Assembly (NCBI GenBank): GCA_963809385.1
Contig: CAWEJL010000005.1
Span: forward strand, 586,232-650,231
Length of the DNA: 64,000 bases
Source of the DNA: an uncultured Chloroflexia bacterium
GTDB taxonomy: Bacteria > Chloroflexota > Ktedonobacteria > Ktedonobacterales > JADMIN01
Direction: 5' to 3'
The notes beneath the pieces are model-generated. The model worked only from the letters and a program-made list of their open reading frames with translations, did no database searches and had not been told where the DNA came from. Positions 38,289-47,643 of the stretch are shown here, in pieces (within the stretch, counting starts at the first letter, position 1; each line of letters starts with the position of its first letter). Both the position numbers and the translations under genes were made by a program.

Positions 38289-38403
38289 AGACAGAGCGTC
38301 CTCACGAATTGTACCGGCGCCCACGCCCTCACAGGGTGAATGGCGCTCAAAGGGCAGCGTACACGATTCGGGCGCGCGCGTCGCCTCTCATAGGACTTCG
38401 CGC

Positions 38404-39265
38404 TCAACTATCGAGCGACCAGAGTGTATCCGCCTGGAGAAGCTGTTTGAGCGCCATCAGAGGTGTCAGCGGGCCAACGCCGCCAGGGGTCGGGCTGATC
38501 GCGCCCGCCACCTCCGCGACTTCCGCGAACGCGACATCGCCGGTAATTCCACCCTCCGCCGTCACGTTGATGCCCACATCCACGACGGTCGCGCCGGGAC
38601 GAACCATGGCTGCGGTGAGCAGGTTGGGCCGGCCAGCGGCGACGATCACGATGTCGCTCTCCCGCGTCCACTGCGCGACCGAGCGGGTGTAAATATGGCA
38701 GACAGTCACAGTTGCGTTGCGACCGAGCAGCATGAACGCCAGCGGCTTGCCAACCGTGTTACTGGCGCCCACGATCGTGACGCGCTGTCCCGCGAGAGGG
38801 ATCTCATAGCGGTCGAGCAGCTCCACGACGGCGGCGCAGGTCGCTGGGACGAAGCTGGGATAGCGCAGGAACAGGTTGCCCGCGCTGCGAAGGCTGATGC
38901 CATCAATGTCCTTGCGCGGGCTCATCACCTCCGCCACCACGCGTGCGCTGAGATGCGGCGGCAGGGGAGCCTGCGCCAGGATACCTTGCACGCTGTCGTC
39001 AACATTGAGAGCCTTCAGCCCGGCGCGTAGCCCGTCGTCGTCGATGTCATCGGGTAGCGCGACCAGATCGCCACGCACACCGACACGCTCCGGCCTCGCG
39101 CAGAAGCTGACGCACATACACATCTGACGCTGGCCGCCCCCCAACCGTGACCACCGCCAGCCCGGCGGCCCTGCCGTGGCGCTCCTGATACGCCGCCGCC
39201 ATCTCCCGCAGCTCCGCGCGCACCGTCTCGGCGATCGCTCGCCCGCTGAGCAGTTTCGCCGTCAT
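38404..39265 (-). pseudogene. folD: bifunctional methylenetetrahydrofolate dehydrogenase/cyclohydrolase FolD, one frame break near 39090
   Basis: MTAKLLSGRAIAE...VTVGGRPASDVYVRQLLREA | ERVGVRGDLVALPDD...VQGILAQAPLP...VTIVGASNTVGKPLA...PGGVGPLT. Confidence 0.85.
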
Positions 39266-39903
39266 CACAGCGCCTCCACGCCCATGCGGCGCAGCGTCGT
39301 CGCGTGCGCCTGGTCGCGCTGAGTGTGCGCCTGCGCCAGCAGCGCCCGAACCTCAGCGCGCGCGCCGTCCGCCAGCGCGGTATCGCGCAGCAGCGTGGCG
39401 TTCGCCAACACGTTGAGCGCCGCCGCGCGGGCCGCCGCCTCGCCCAGCAGCGCCGCGCAACCCGCGTCGCTGATGACCGTGCCATTGCCGATAACCGCAA
39501 TCTCCGCCGCCAGCCCGACCACCGCGCACGCCACGCGAACCGCGCGTAGTGGCGGTTGCATCGCGGACGCAAGCGCAACCTGAATGCCCGCCTCGCGGGC
39601 GGCGCGCTCCTCCTCAGTCGCGCGGGGCAGGCGGTAGGCGGCGGAGACCTGCTGGAAAGCGCGCTCATCGTCCTCGCCAAGCGCCAGCAGCGTCACGCGC
39701 GCCTCCTCCGCCTGGCGCAGGATGGCATCCGCGCGCTCCGCGACATCGCGATACTTCTCGCGGCCCACCGTGAAGCGCGCGACCATCTCGGCCAGCGCCG
39801 CGGCCAGCGCCCCGGCCAGCGCGCTCGCCGCGCCGCCGCCGGGCGCGGGCGCGCTGGAGCCAAGCGCCTCCACGAACGCCGCGATGCCCTGGTCGCTGGC
39901 CAT
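39265..39903 (-). CDS. cyclodeaminase/cyclohydrolase family protein (FtcD C-terminal-like)
   Basis: 212 aa. SSAPAPGGGAASALAGALAAALAEMV is typical of formiminotetrahydrofolate cyclodeaminase-like proteins. The stop overlaps the folD ATG. Confidence 0.75.
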   Translation of the reverse strand: MASDQGIAAFVEALGSSAPAPGGGAASALAGALAAALAEMVARFTVGREKYRDVAERADAILRQAEEARVTLLALGEDDERAFQQVSAAYRLPRATEEERAAREAGIQVALASAMQPPLRAVRVACAVVGLAAEIAVIGNGTVISDAGCAALLGEAAARAAALNVLANATLLRDTALADGARAEVRALLAQAHTQRDQAHATTLRRMGVEAL

Positions 39904-40064
39904 GTCGCCTCATCCCTTCGCAAATTCGTCGCGGGCGCGAGCTGTGTGAGCGCCCCGGATTATCGTACCACGCCCGCCGTGCGCCCCTGGCGGCCAGGCG
40001 TTGTGAGGCGGTACGCTGTCATCGTGAGGCAGGCGATACATGCTGCCATGCGGGAAGGGAAGCG

Positions 40065-40790
40065 ATGGTGACTCGGAGCGGCGCGGCAGGTGAAGTACCG
40101 GCGGAGATGGCGCCAGAAGCGCTCGCGCAGTGGGTCTACGAGCGGCTGGTGGAGGCGTATGGCGTCCCGCCGTGGGAGCCGGACGGCGACGCGCTGGGCG
40201 GCCTGGTCGCCACCATCCTCTCGCAGCATACGTCAGATGTAAATTCTGACCGTGCTTACGCCAGCCTGCGCCAGCGATTCCCGACCTGGGAGGCGGCGCG
40301 CGACGTCCCCGAAGACGCGCTGGCGGACGCCATCCGCTGCGGCGGCCTGGCGCGCATCAAAGCGCAGCGTATCCAGCAGACGCTGCGGGCGCTCACCGAG
40401 CGCGATCCCACCGCGCCATTCGACCTGCGCTGGCTGGATGCGGAGGACATCGAGCGGGCGCGGGCGCAACTGACCACGCTACCAGGCGTGGGCATGAAGA
40501 CCGCCTCGTGCGTGCTGCTCTTTTCACTGGGACGCCCAGCCTTCCCAGTAGATACCCACGTCTGGCGCATCACGCGACGCCTGGGGCTGATCGGCCCCAC
40601 CGTCAGCGCAAACGCCGCCCACACCGCGCTGGAGCGGCTGATTCCGCCGGATTGGCGCCACACGATGCACATCAATCTCATCCGCCACGGCAGGCAGGTC
40701 TGCCACGCCCAGCGGCCCGCCTGTGACCGCTGTCCCCTGCGCGCGCGCTGCGCCTACTACTGGGCCAATCAGGCCGCTTCCGGGAATTGA
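40065..40790 (+). CDS. nth: endonuclease III-like HhH-GPD base-excision DNA glycosylase
   Basis: HhH LPGVGMKTASCVLLF, VDTHVWRI, and the 4Fe-4S cluster loop CHAQRPACDRCPLRARC. Confidence 0.85.
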   Translation: MVTRSGAAGEVPAEMAPEALAQWVYERLVEAYGVPPWEPDGDALGGLVATILSQHTSDVNSDRAYASLRQRFPTWEAARDVPEDALADAIRCGGLARIKAQRIQQTLRALTERDPTAPFDLRWLDAEDIERARAQLTTLPGVGMKTASCVLLFSLGRPAFPVDTHVWRITRRLGLIGPTVSANAAHTALERLIPPDWRHTMHINLIRHGRQVCHAQRPACDRCPLRARCAYYWANQAASGN

Positions 40791-42105
40791 CAACTCCCCA
40801 CGGCTACAGCCGGGGGATTCCTGCTTCACCGGGGCGCGCCGGGTTGGGCATGGCTCGCCCCGGTCTTACCGCCTCTCCACAGGCGTTCACCGTGAGCCCC
40901 ACGGCAAGAATGTTCTTGGCAGCGTTCACGTCCCGATCATGCCGGACGCCGCATGCCGGGCAGGTCCACTGGCGCACGTCCAGGGGCAAGGAATCGCGCA
41001 CCTGCCCGCAGGCATGACAGCGTTTGGAACTGGGATACCAGCGGTCAATCTTGACCAGCGTGCGCCCATACCACGCCGCTTTGTACTCCAGTTGGCGCAC
41101 CAGCTCGCCCCAGCCCACATCGCTGATCGCTTTGGCGAGCGTGTGATTGCGCATCAGGTTCTTGACCGCCAGCGACTCCACGCACACCGTTTGGTTTTCA
41201 CGAATGAGGCGTGTCGTCAGCTTGTGCAGGCCATCGCGGCGCTGGTCGGCAATGCGGGCATGTTCCCGCGCGACCTTGCGGCGCGCCTTCTCCCGGTTCT
41301 TGGACCCCTTTTGTTTGCGGGCGAGGTTGCGTTGCGCGTGCGCCAGGCGGCGCTCGCTCCGGCGCAGGTGTCGCGGGTTGGCGATCTTCTCACCCGTGCT
41401 CAGCACCGCCACGTCTTTGAGGCCCACATCCACGCCGACCATGGCGGTGACGATCGGCAGCGCGGCGATTTCCTCCTCCACGAGGAAGGAGACGAAGTAG
41501 CGCCCGGCGGTGTCCTGGCTGATCGTGACCGTGGTCGGCGTTCCGGTGAAGGAGCGCGACCAGTGGATGGTGAGCGGCGCATCCATCTTCGCCAGGGTGA
41601 GCGCGCGTGTCTCCGCATCCCAGCGAAACGCGCTACTGGCATAGGTCGCCGCTTGCCGTCCATGCTTCTTGTGGAAGGATGGATAGCGGGCGCGTCCCTC
41701 AAAGAAGTGGCGGAACGCCTTGTCGAGGTGGCGCAACGCCTGTTGCAGCGGCACGCTGGACACCGCATTCAGCCACGCCGTCTCCGGCCGCTGTTTGAGA
41801 GACGTGAGCGCCGCCGACGCCTCATGGTAGCCGATGCGCTCCTGGCGCTGATAGTAGGCGTCAGTCCGCAGGCGCAGCGCCCAATTGTAGACATAGCGCG
41901 CACTGCCAAACGTCCGCGCAAGCACGGCGGCTTGGTCGGGCGTGGGGTAGCACCGATAGCGGTAGGCGCGTTTCTGCTTCATGCTTACAACTATACTGCA
42001 TAACGTGTAAGCGAACGATGTGCGGTAGTCCTCTTGGCGTGGTGGGCTGCGCCTCATGGCGCGCGGCGCTGCATCCCCATGGCTCAAGCCAGGGGTCTTC
42101 GCGCC
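40791..42105 (-). mobile_element. IS200/IS605-family element carrying tnpB only (IS1341-like); boundaries approximate
   Basis: Related hairpins in the same orientation at both ends: tccccacggctacagccgggg (40795-40815, spanning the tnpB stop) and tccccatggctcaagccagggg (42074-42095). A further hairpin GCTTACA/TGTAAGC lies just upstream of the tnpB ATG. No tnpA. Confidence 0.7.
40804..41982 (-). CDS. tnpB: TnpB (OrfB) RNA-guided endonuclease-like transposon protein
   Basis: Start MKQKRAYRYRCYP (ATG 41982). RuvC residues present: VGVDVGL, VCVESL and HDRDVNAAKNI. Zinc finger CHACG...CPACG. Confidence 0.9.
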   Translation of the reverse strand: MKQKRAYRYRCYPTPDQAAVLARTFGSARYVYNWALRLRTDAYYQRQERIGYHEASAALTSLKQRPETAWLNAVSSVPLQQALRHLDKAFRHFFEGRARYPSFHKKHGRQAATYASSAFRWDAETRALTLAKMDAPLTIHWSRSFTGTPTTVTISQDTAGRYFVSFLVEEEIAALPIVTAMVGVDVGLKDVAVLSTGEKIANPRHLRRSERRLAHAQRNLARKQKGSKNREKARRKVAREHARIADQRRDGLHKLTTRLIRENQTVCVESLAVKNLMRNHTLAKAISDVGWGELVRQLEYKAAWYGRTLVKIDRWYPSSKRCHACGQVRDSLPLDVRQWTCPACGVRHDRDVNAAKNILAVGLTVNACGEAVRPGRAMPNPARPGEAGIPRL

Positions 42106-42208
42106 GCTCTTTTTTAATAACCTGGCAAGGCGCGTGGGTTACACATCACGCCCCCACGCGTCTCACCCTCAGTAGCGCCTCAGCGTAGAGGATGAAAGCA
42201 AGGATGGT

Positions 42209-42646
42209 GTGCGCGCGGAGACCTGGAATGGCGCCGTGCGAGTGAGGTTTGCGTTCATGGCCATGCAACAACCAGTCACATCAGGTTCACACTGGCGGAT
42301 TCCCGCGCCTCACTACCGCCCGGTTTCCCACACGCGCGTGATCGGACACACGAGCGCGCGCGCCGCCACCCACGCATGGGCGAAGCGCCTGCTCGCGCAT
42401 AGCGGCGTGGTGGTATCCGCCGCGCTGACGCTGGTCACACTGGGCGGCGTGTTCGTCGCGCCGCTGGCCGCATTGGTGGCGCTAGCCGCGTTGCTCATGC
42501 CCGCACACAACTTCCTGCGCCCAATGGCCGCGCCGCTGATCGTTGGCGCTGTGCTCTGGCTGGCGCTGGCGATCCTCTGCGCCCACGCGCGTCACACCGA
42601 CACCATCCCTGGCGACCACGAGCGGCAGGACGCGCTCCGACCATGA
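42209..42646 (+). CDS. hypothetical membrane protein
   Basis: Hydrophobic segments VVVSAALTLVTLGGVFVAPLAALVALAALL and LIVGAVLWLALAILCA. Start uncertain (an internal M at 42257 is possible). Confidence 0.35.
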   Translation: MRAETWNGAVRVRFAFMAMQQPVTSGSHWRIPAPHYRPVSHTRVIGHTSARAATHAWAKRLLAHSGVVVSAALTLVTLGGVFVAPLAALVALAALLMPAHNFLRPMAAPLIVGAVLWLALAILCAHARHTDTIPGDHERQDALRP

Positions 42647-42730
42647 GCCCCGCTGGCGCTCACGCCTCTCGCCGCGACACAATAGCGGTGTGAGCGTGCG
42701 AGACTTCGTGCGCGACGCGGGAGGGTTACG

Positions 42731-43792
42731 ATGGCGGAGCGCGCGAAAACGGACGTCGGAGACGGCCCGCTCGAAGAGACCAACCGGCGCGACCCGCTGG
42801 AGCCGCGACCAGGGGACTACTACGCGGTACTCGGCGTCAGCGCTGCGGCCAGCCTGCCGGATATCAAGCGGGCGTATCACCGTGAAGCGAAACGTTGGCA
42901 TCCCGACCGCTACGTGACCGCTGATCCCGCGCTCTACGCCCGCGCCGAGCGCCGCATGCGCCAGTTGACCGAGGCCTATCACATCCTCAGCGACCCTGAA
43001 GCCCGCGCCAGGTATGACGCCAGCCTGCGGGGCGACTCCGCGCCCGCCGGAGCGGGCGGCGTGTCTTCCTCGATCGTCGGCGGCTTTACGGCTGGTGTCA
43101 CCCACGACTGGAGCGCGGGTGAGCACGCCTCCCACAACCCCAATGGCGCGGGCCAGTTCTTCGCCGCGCTGGCGGTCGTCGTCGGGCTGGCGCTGCTGGC
43201 GAACATCGTTGGTGGCCAATCGAGCAGTGATGCGCCAACCACGGTGATTCTGTTCGCACTGGTCGTGATCCTGGCGGTCGTCGCCGTACTGTTCATGGCG
43301 GACTCACCAACCTCGCGTTGGGCGTCGCGGGTGATGGAGGGCGAGCCGCGCGGCTCTTCCGTCACGCCCCCGCGCCGGCCCGCGCCCCCGCCACCAGGCG
43401 CAGGAGCCGCCACATCGCCAGGCCCAGAGAATGATGAGACGCGGTTCGAGCGGCTGGTCTCTGAGGCGCTGGCCACCGTGCCAAAAGAGTTCGCGCCCTA
43501 TATGCGCAATATCGTCGTCGAAGTCGAGCCGGAGCCGAGCGAAGAGACACTCCGCCAGTCTGGCGTGCCGGAGGGCTACACGCTGCTAGGCCTCTATCGT
43601 GGCGTCCCGTTGCACAAGCGCGGCATCGCGGAGACAGCGCCCGATGTCATCACCATCTTTCGCGGCCCCATCGAGCGACATTGTGGTGGCGACCCTGAGC
43701 GCATCCGCGAGCAGGTCCGCGCCACTACCCTCCACGAGCTCGCGCACCACTTCGGCATCGATCACGAAGAGATGCCGGAGTGGGTCAAATAG
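42731..43792 (+). CDS. J-domain (DnaJ-like) / transmembrane / minimal zincin (DUF1025-like metallopeptidase) fusion protein
   Basis: DYYAVLGVS...IKRAYHREAKRWHPDRY (HPD). Two hydrophobic segments. The C-terminal ...VVEVEPEPSEE...GLYRG...TTLHELAHHFGIDHEEM carries an HExxH motif. Confidence 0.75.
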   Translation: MAERAKTDVGDGPLEETNRRDPLEPRPGDYYAVLGVSAAASLPDIKRAYHREAKRWHPDRYVTADPALYARAERRMRQLTEAYHILSDPEARARYDASLRGDSAPAGAGGVSSSIVGGFTAGVTHDWSAGEHASHNPNGAGQFFAALAVVVGLALLANIVGGQSSSDAPTTVILFALVVILAVVAVLFMADSPTSRWASRVMEGEPRGSSVTPPRRPAPPPPGAGAATSPGPENDETRFERLVSEALATVPKEFAPYMRNIVVEVEPEPSEETLRQSGVPEGYTLLGLYRGVPLHKRGIAETAPDVITIFRGPIERHCGGDPERIREQVRATTLHELAHHFGIDHEEMPEWVK

Positions 43793-44069
43793 CGGCGCCT
43801 CTCCGCGCATCGCGGGATCTACGCCATCACGCGCGGATAGACCACACCTCCATGCGAAAATGGCCAGCGCTATTTCCACTCAGGCGCGGGATAGCGCGCT
43901 GGACGATAACGGCATAATGGGGTATTGCGCGAACCTACCTCGGAGACGTAAACATAAGTGAAGGGATATGCGCTCAAGGTTTGAGCCGTCCAATCTCTGC
44001 CAGCCACCCAGCCCGCCAGAACACCAACTCGCGTCCTCAGCAGCGCGCTCCCCGATAGAGGAGGTTTCT

Positions 44070-44570
44070 ATGTCCGCATCGTCTATCTCCCCGCCGTCCA
44101 CGCTCTGGGACCCGCGTGATCCAAGCGCGCGCACGCCTGTGATGCTCGCCAGTGATCTCGATGACGCCCTCCATGCGACACTCGCTGACCTGCTGGTGGA
44201 TGAGGGATATCACGTATGTGTCCCACGCGATCCCGCTGAGGGGATGGCGCTGCTGCGCACAGGCGAATGCGGCGCCATCGTGATAGCGCCACTGCCACCC
44301 GAAAGCGCGACCAGCCCACACGGGTGGATCGCAGCCCTGGCCACCGCGCAATCCAGTGAACCCCTTATCGCCCTGCGGCTGCGGAAACGCTGCGCGCTGA
44401 TTGGCCTGGCTAGCGGGATGGCCATCCACGAGAACGGCTTCGTAGCATTCTCACCCCTCTGGGACCGCCTCGTGACGCGCTGGCGCGCCACCCTGAGTGT
44501 TCCCTGCGACTTGGACGCCCTCATCCGCACCATCGCCACCGCCTCCCAGCGTCTCCAATTCGTCGCCTGA
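44070..44570 (+). CDS. hypothetical protein, receiver-like fold possible
   Basis: ATG 44070 preceded by GAGGAGG. VMLASDLDD...LLVDEGYHV...AIVIAP loosely resembles a REC domain, without clear phospho-acceptor context. Confidence 0.4.
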   Translation: MSASSISPPSTLWDPRDPSARTPVMLASDLDDALHATLADLLVDEGYHVCVPRDPAEGMALLRTGECGAIVIAPLPPESATSPHGWIAALATAQSSEPLIALRLRKRCALIGLASGMAIHENGFVAFSPLWDRLVTRWRATLSVPCDLDALIRTIATASQRLQFVA

Positions 44571-44705
44571 GCGCGCCGCTAGATTGCTGGCGACCCGCGC
44601 ATGGACGCGCCACCACCGGACGACGACCGGGAAGGCATCCCGTACGTCTCCTCTCCGCGCGGTTTTCTCCAGGGCGCTACCCCAGGCGCCAAAACTCTCG
44701 TCGCG

Positions 44706-46076
44706 CTAGCCTGTCGCATGCTCCGAACGGCGCGCGTCCGCCCCATCCCGTATGTGAAGCGGTCCCTCCGCACTCCTACCCGCCCGCTGGGCGACAATAG
44801 CGGCGGAGGCGATCAACTGGGCGTCCGCCACTGTCACGCGGGGATGAGTGGGCAGGTTGATGAGATGCTCGGCGGCGGATTCAGCGCGCGGACACGACCC
44901 AGGCTGGTACCCGCCAGCGGCGAGCGAAGCGCCGTCTTCGAGCACGGATCTGAACCACAGCCCTGGCAGCGCGTAGCGGTTGACCGCACGCACAACCACA
45001 TCGCGATCGTACGCCCATACGGGATAGCGGACGTATGCCGGCCGCATGTGCGACGGTACCCGCGACACGGGGACATCATGCGCCACCAGCACGCGCTCAT
45101 AGGTCTCCGCGATCATGCGCCGGTGAGCGAGGTTCTGATCGAGCGCACGGAGCTGGCGTATACCCAGCGCCGCCTGCGCGTTGCTGAGGCGGCGAAGGTA
45201 TCCCTCCGGGCGCGCCCCGCGCTCCTCGTCGGGCGATGTTGGACGGGGAAGCGGAAGGCGGCGGCCCATCGCCTCGTATAGCGCGCGCATAGGCCGGTGG
45301 AGATGCGGGTCCATCAAAACGCGATAGAGCGCAAACTTCAGCACAGAGCGGGCTACCTCGCGCCGCGAGGGCCACGCGCAACGCTCCTGGAACGCCCGCA
45401 AGCTCGCCGCCACCTCAGGATCGTCGGTGGTCGCCATACCGCCGAACGTCGTGGAAATGATCTTCGTCTCCTCGCTGCTGAAGAACGCCGCCTGCCCAAA
45501 GCTGCCCACCGGGCGGCCCCGGTACGTCGCGCCGAGGGCATGCACGCAGTCCTCCACCAGCGCCAGGCCATGCCGGCGTGCGAGCGCGAGCGCAGCGTCG
45601 AGGTCAGCCGGCACGCCAAACGTATGCTGCACGAGCAAGACGCGGGCGCGCGGAGTGATGAGCCGTTCGGCCTGGGCGAAATCCATGTTGTAGGAGCCGG
45701 GATCGCAGTCAATATAGACTGGTCGCGCGCCAAGGTAGCGGATCGCGTTCGCCACAACGATATGCGTGGGCGCTTGCAGCAGCACCTCGTCCCCTGGGCC
45801 TACGCCCAACGCCTGAAGGATGCCGTATAGTCCAACCCGCCCATTCGCGAAGCTGAAGGCCCAGCGCACGCCGCTGCGCTGGGCAAAGGCGCGCTCATAG
45901 CCAGCGATGGCAGGCCCACGCGCCAGTCGGTGTGGCATAAGAAGCGCGCCAACCGCTGTGAGGCTGTCACGCCAGGTTGTCGTACCGCCGAGCAAGGCGA
46001 TGTGGCGCCAGCGTGGGCCTTTCGGCGCCTGCGCCTGTGCGGGCTGGAAGGCGCGGTCGGTCGGTGTCTTGATCAT
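44706..46076 (-). CDS. DegT/DnrJ/EryC1/StrS family PLP-dependent sugar aminotransferase
   Basis: 456 aa. ANGRVGLYGILQALGV, LVEDCVHALG, and the FFSSEETKIIS lysine context. Confidence 0.85.
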   Translation of the reverse strand: MIKTPTDRAFQPAQAQAPKGPRWRHIALLGGTTTWRDSLTAVGALLMPHRLARGPAIAGYERAFAQRSGVRWAFSFANGRVGLYGILQALGVGPGDEVLLQAPTHIVVANAIRYLGARPVYIDCDPGSYNMDFAQAERLITPRARVLLVQHTFGVPADLDAALALARRHGLALVEDCVHALGATYRGRPVGSFGQAAFFSSEETKIISTTFGGMATTDDPEVAASLRAFQERCAWPSRREVARSVLKFALYRVLMDPHLHRPMRALYEAMGRRLPLPRPTSPDEERGARPEGYLRRLSNAQAALGIRQLRALDQNLAHRRMIAETYERVLVAHDVPVSRVPSHMRPAYVRYPVWAYDRDVVVRAVNRYALPGLWFRSVLEDGASLAAGGYQPGSCPRAESAAEHLINLPTHPRVTVADAQLIASAAIVAQRAGRSAEGPLHIRDGADARRSEHATG

Positions 46077-46154
46077 TGGTGGCGCGGCTCCTGTTCACGT
46101 CGGGATCTCTGCGCATGATCGAACGAGCGGCGTACTCTTCCCCTGACCACGCGC

Positions 46155-47261
46155 TCAGAAGTGACGGTGGGCCCAATCGCTCAGCAAAACCGTGGCAGTC
46201 AGCGGGAGATGCTTCCAGGTGGTGTGCAGCAGGTTTCCGGCCCAGCTATCCGACTCCATGATGCCAATCTCCACCTCGCTGGGGGCCGGGTAGTAGTATC
46301 GGTACAGCCAGTGCGGGGTTGCGCCCCACTTACTCTTGAAATCGGCGAGACTGGAGTGATCGCTGGTGACTTCGCCGAGGTCATAATGCTGGTAACCCGC
46401 CTCGCAGGCGTCGTGAATCGCCTTCCACTGCAAGGCGTCATTCGGGCGATAGACGAGGCCTTCCCTGCGCCGGCCGTTGAACGTGTAAAACACGGTCTTC
46501 CCATACATCAGGAACAGTGAACCCGCCAGAAGCTCGACGCCGCCCGCCGTGTGACGCTCCGCCAGAAGCAGCCGCAGCATTTTTTGAGGCCGCAGCTCAC
46601 GCCAGACCAGCTCGAAGAAGTGGTAAGGACGTGGCGGCACGAAGTACCAGCGCATGGTATCGAGATAGACAGCGTACCACTGGCGCAGGTCAGCCTCAGA
46701 TTCCGCCTCGCGCACCACGACGCCGAGGCGGGCGGCCTTCTTGATCGCCCACCGGAGCCGCGCCTGGTTGCGCCCACCGCCAAAACGGAGGTCATCCGGA
46801 CGCGCAGGAAGATCAATCTGATACGACTGGCGCCAGCGTGCGCCGACAATGTCCTCTACGAGACCTGTGAGTGTATCTGAGGCGAGCTTGAATTGAAGCT
46901 GGGCGCCAGGAACGGCGCGGACGCGCTCGACCGCCGCGCTCAGGAGCGCGCTCGCGCTCTCAGCATCGTTGGTAAGCGGCCCTGCGAGCGGAGTCCGTGG
47001 CAGCGACGAGAAGCGATGCCCGGTGACCACGCCATGCAGCGCAAAGAGCGGCAAGACGCCGCGAAGCTGGCCATCCCCATCCTCGCTGGCGAGATGGACC
47101 GGCTTGTAGTCGAAGGCCGCCTCCAGCGCGCGCAGCCACGCTGGGTGGTGAAAGACGAGCGCGTCGGGATGTGCGGAGACGAACCGCTCCCAGCGCGGGT
47201 CGGTGTTCGGATCAATGGAGACGATGCGCGAGGAGGTGTGGGAGGTCGAGGCGGTAGGCAC
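46155..47261 (-). CDS. FemAB-like / BioF2-like GNAT acyltransferase
   Basis: 368 aa. FHHPAWLRALE..., RNQARLRWAIKKAARLGV, RPNDALQWKAIHDACEAGYQHYDLG...DFKSKWGA. Same fold family as 27000..28115 but a distinct subfamily. Confidence 0.7.
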   Translation of the reverse strand: MPTASTSHTSSRIVSIDPNTDPRWERFVSAHPDALVFHHPAWLRALEAAFDYKPVHLASEDGDGQLRGVLPLFALHGVVTGHRFSSLPRTPLAGPLTNDAESASALLSAAVERVRAVPGAQLQFKLASDTLTGLVEDIVGARWRQSYQIDLPARPDDLRFGGGRNQARLRWAIKKAARLGVVVREAESEADLRQWYAVYLDTMRWYFVPPRPYHFFELVWRELRPQKMLRLLLAERHTAGGVELLAGSLFLMYGKTVFYTFNGRRREGLVYRPNDALQWKAIHDACEAGYQHYDLGEVTSDHSSLADFKSKWGATPHWLYRYYYPAPSEVEIGIMESDSWAGNLLHTTWKHLPLTATVLLSDWAHRHF

Positions 47262-47643
47262 GTGATGATGCCTTTCTACTCAAGATGTATCCTATGTTCG
47301 ATCGGTAGCGTGACGCCGGGTCTCGCGCTCAAGAGAACGTTTCGCGATGCCCAGCTTCGAGGTGTTCAAGCGCGCCCACATCGCGGGAGCGTTTGTGGGC
47401 GCAAAGGGGAGGGTGATCCAGCGGAGAAGCCAATGCCTGGGGCGCCATCGCCATTCTCCAGCCTCGGAGAAAACAAAGACGCAACACCCTCTGCCATCAT
47501 ACTCTAGCTAGCGCCGTATGGCGGGCACAGTCGCGTCACAGTTCGACTACCACGCTGCGTTCGTGTGGCGGAATTGTGATGCGCTCGCCGCGAGGAGTGG
47601 ACAGGAGCAAGTAGACCCAGGCGCGCCTGCGCCACGCTTCTCT

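Noticed and set aside
40723-42003. 426-aa plus-strand ORF opposite tnpB
   Set aside because: It is antisense to a TnpB with all its catalytic motifs, and its composition is not protein-like.
42074-42110. Remnant of a second tnpB 3' end (EDPWLEPWG resembles IPRL*PWG at the tnpB stop)
   Set aside because: The similarity is better explained as the LE copy of the same subterminal hairpin found at the RE. No further tnpB-like coding sequence flanks it.
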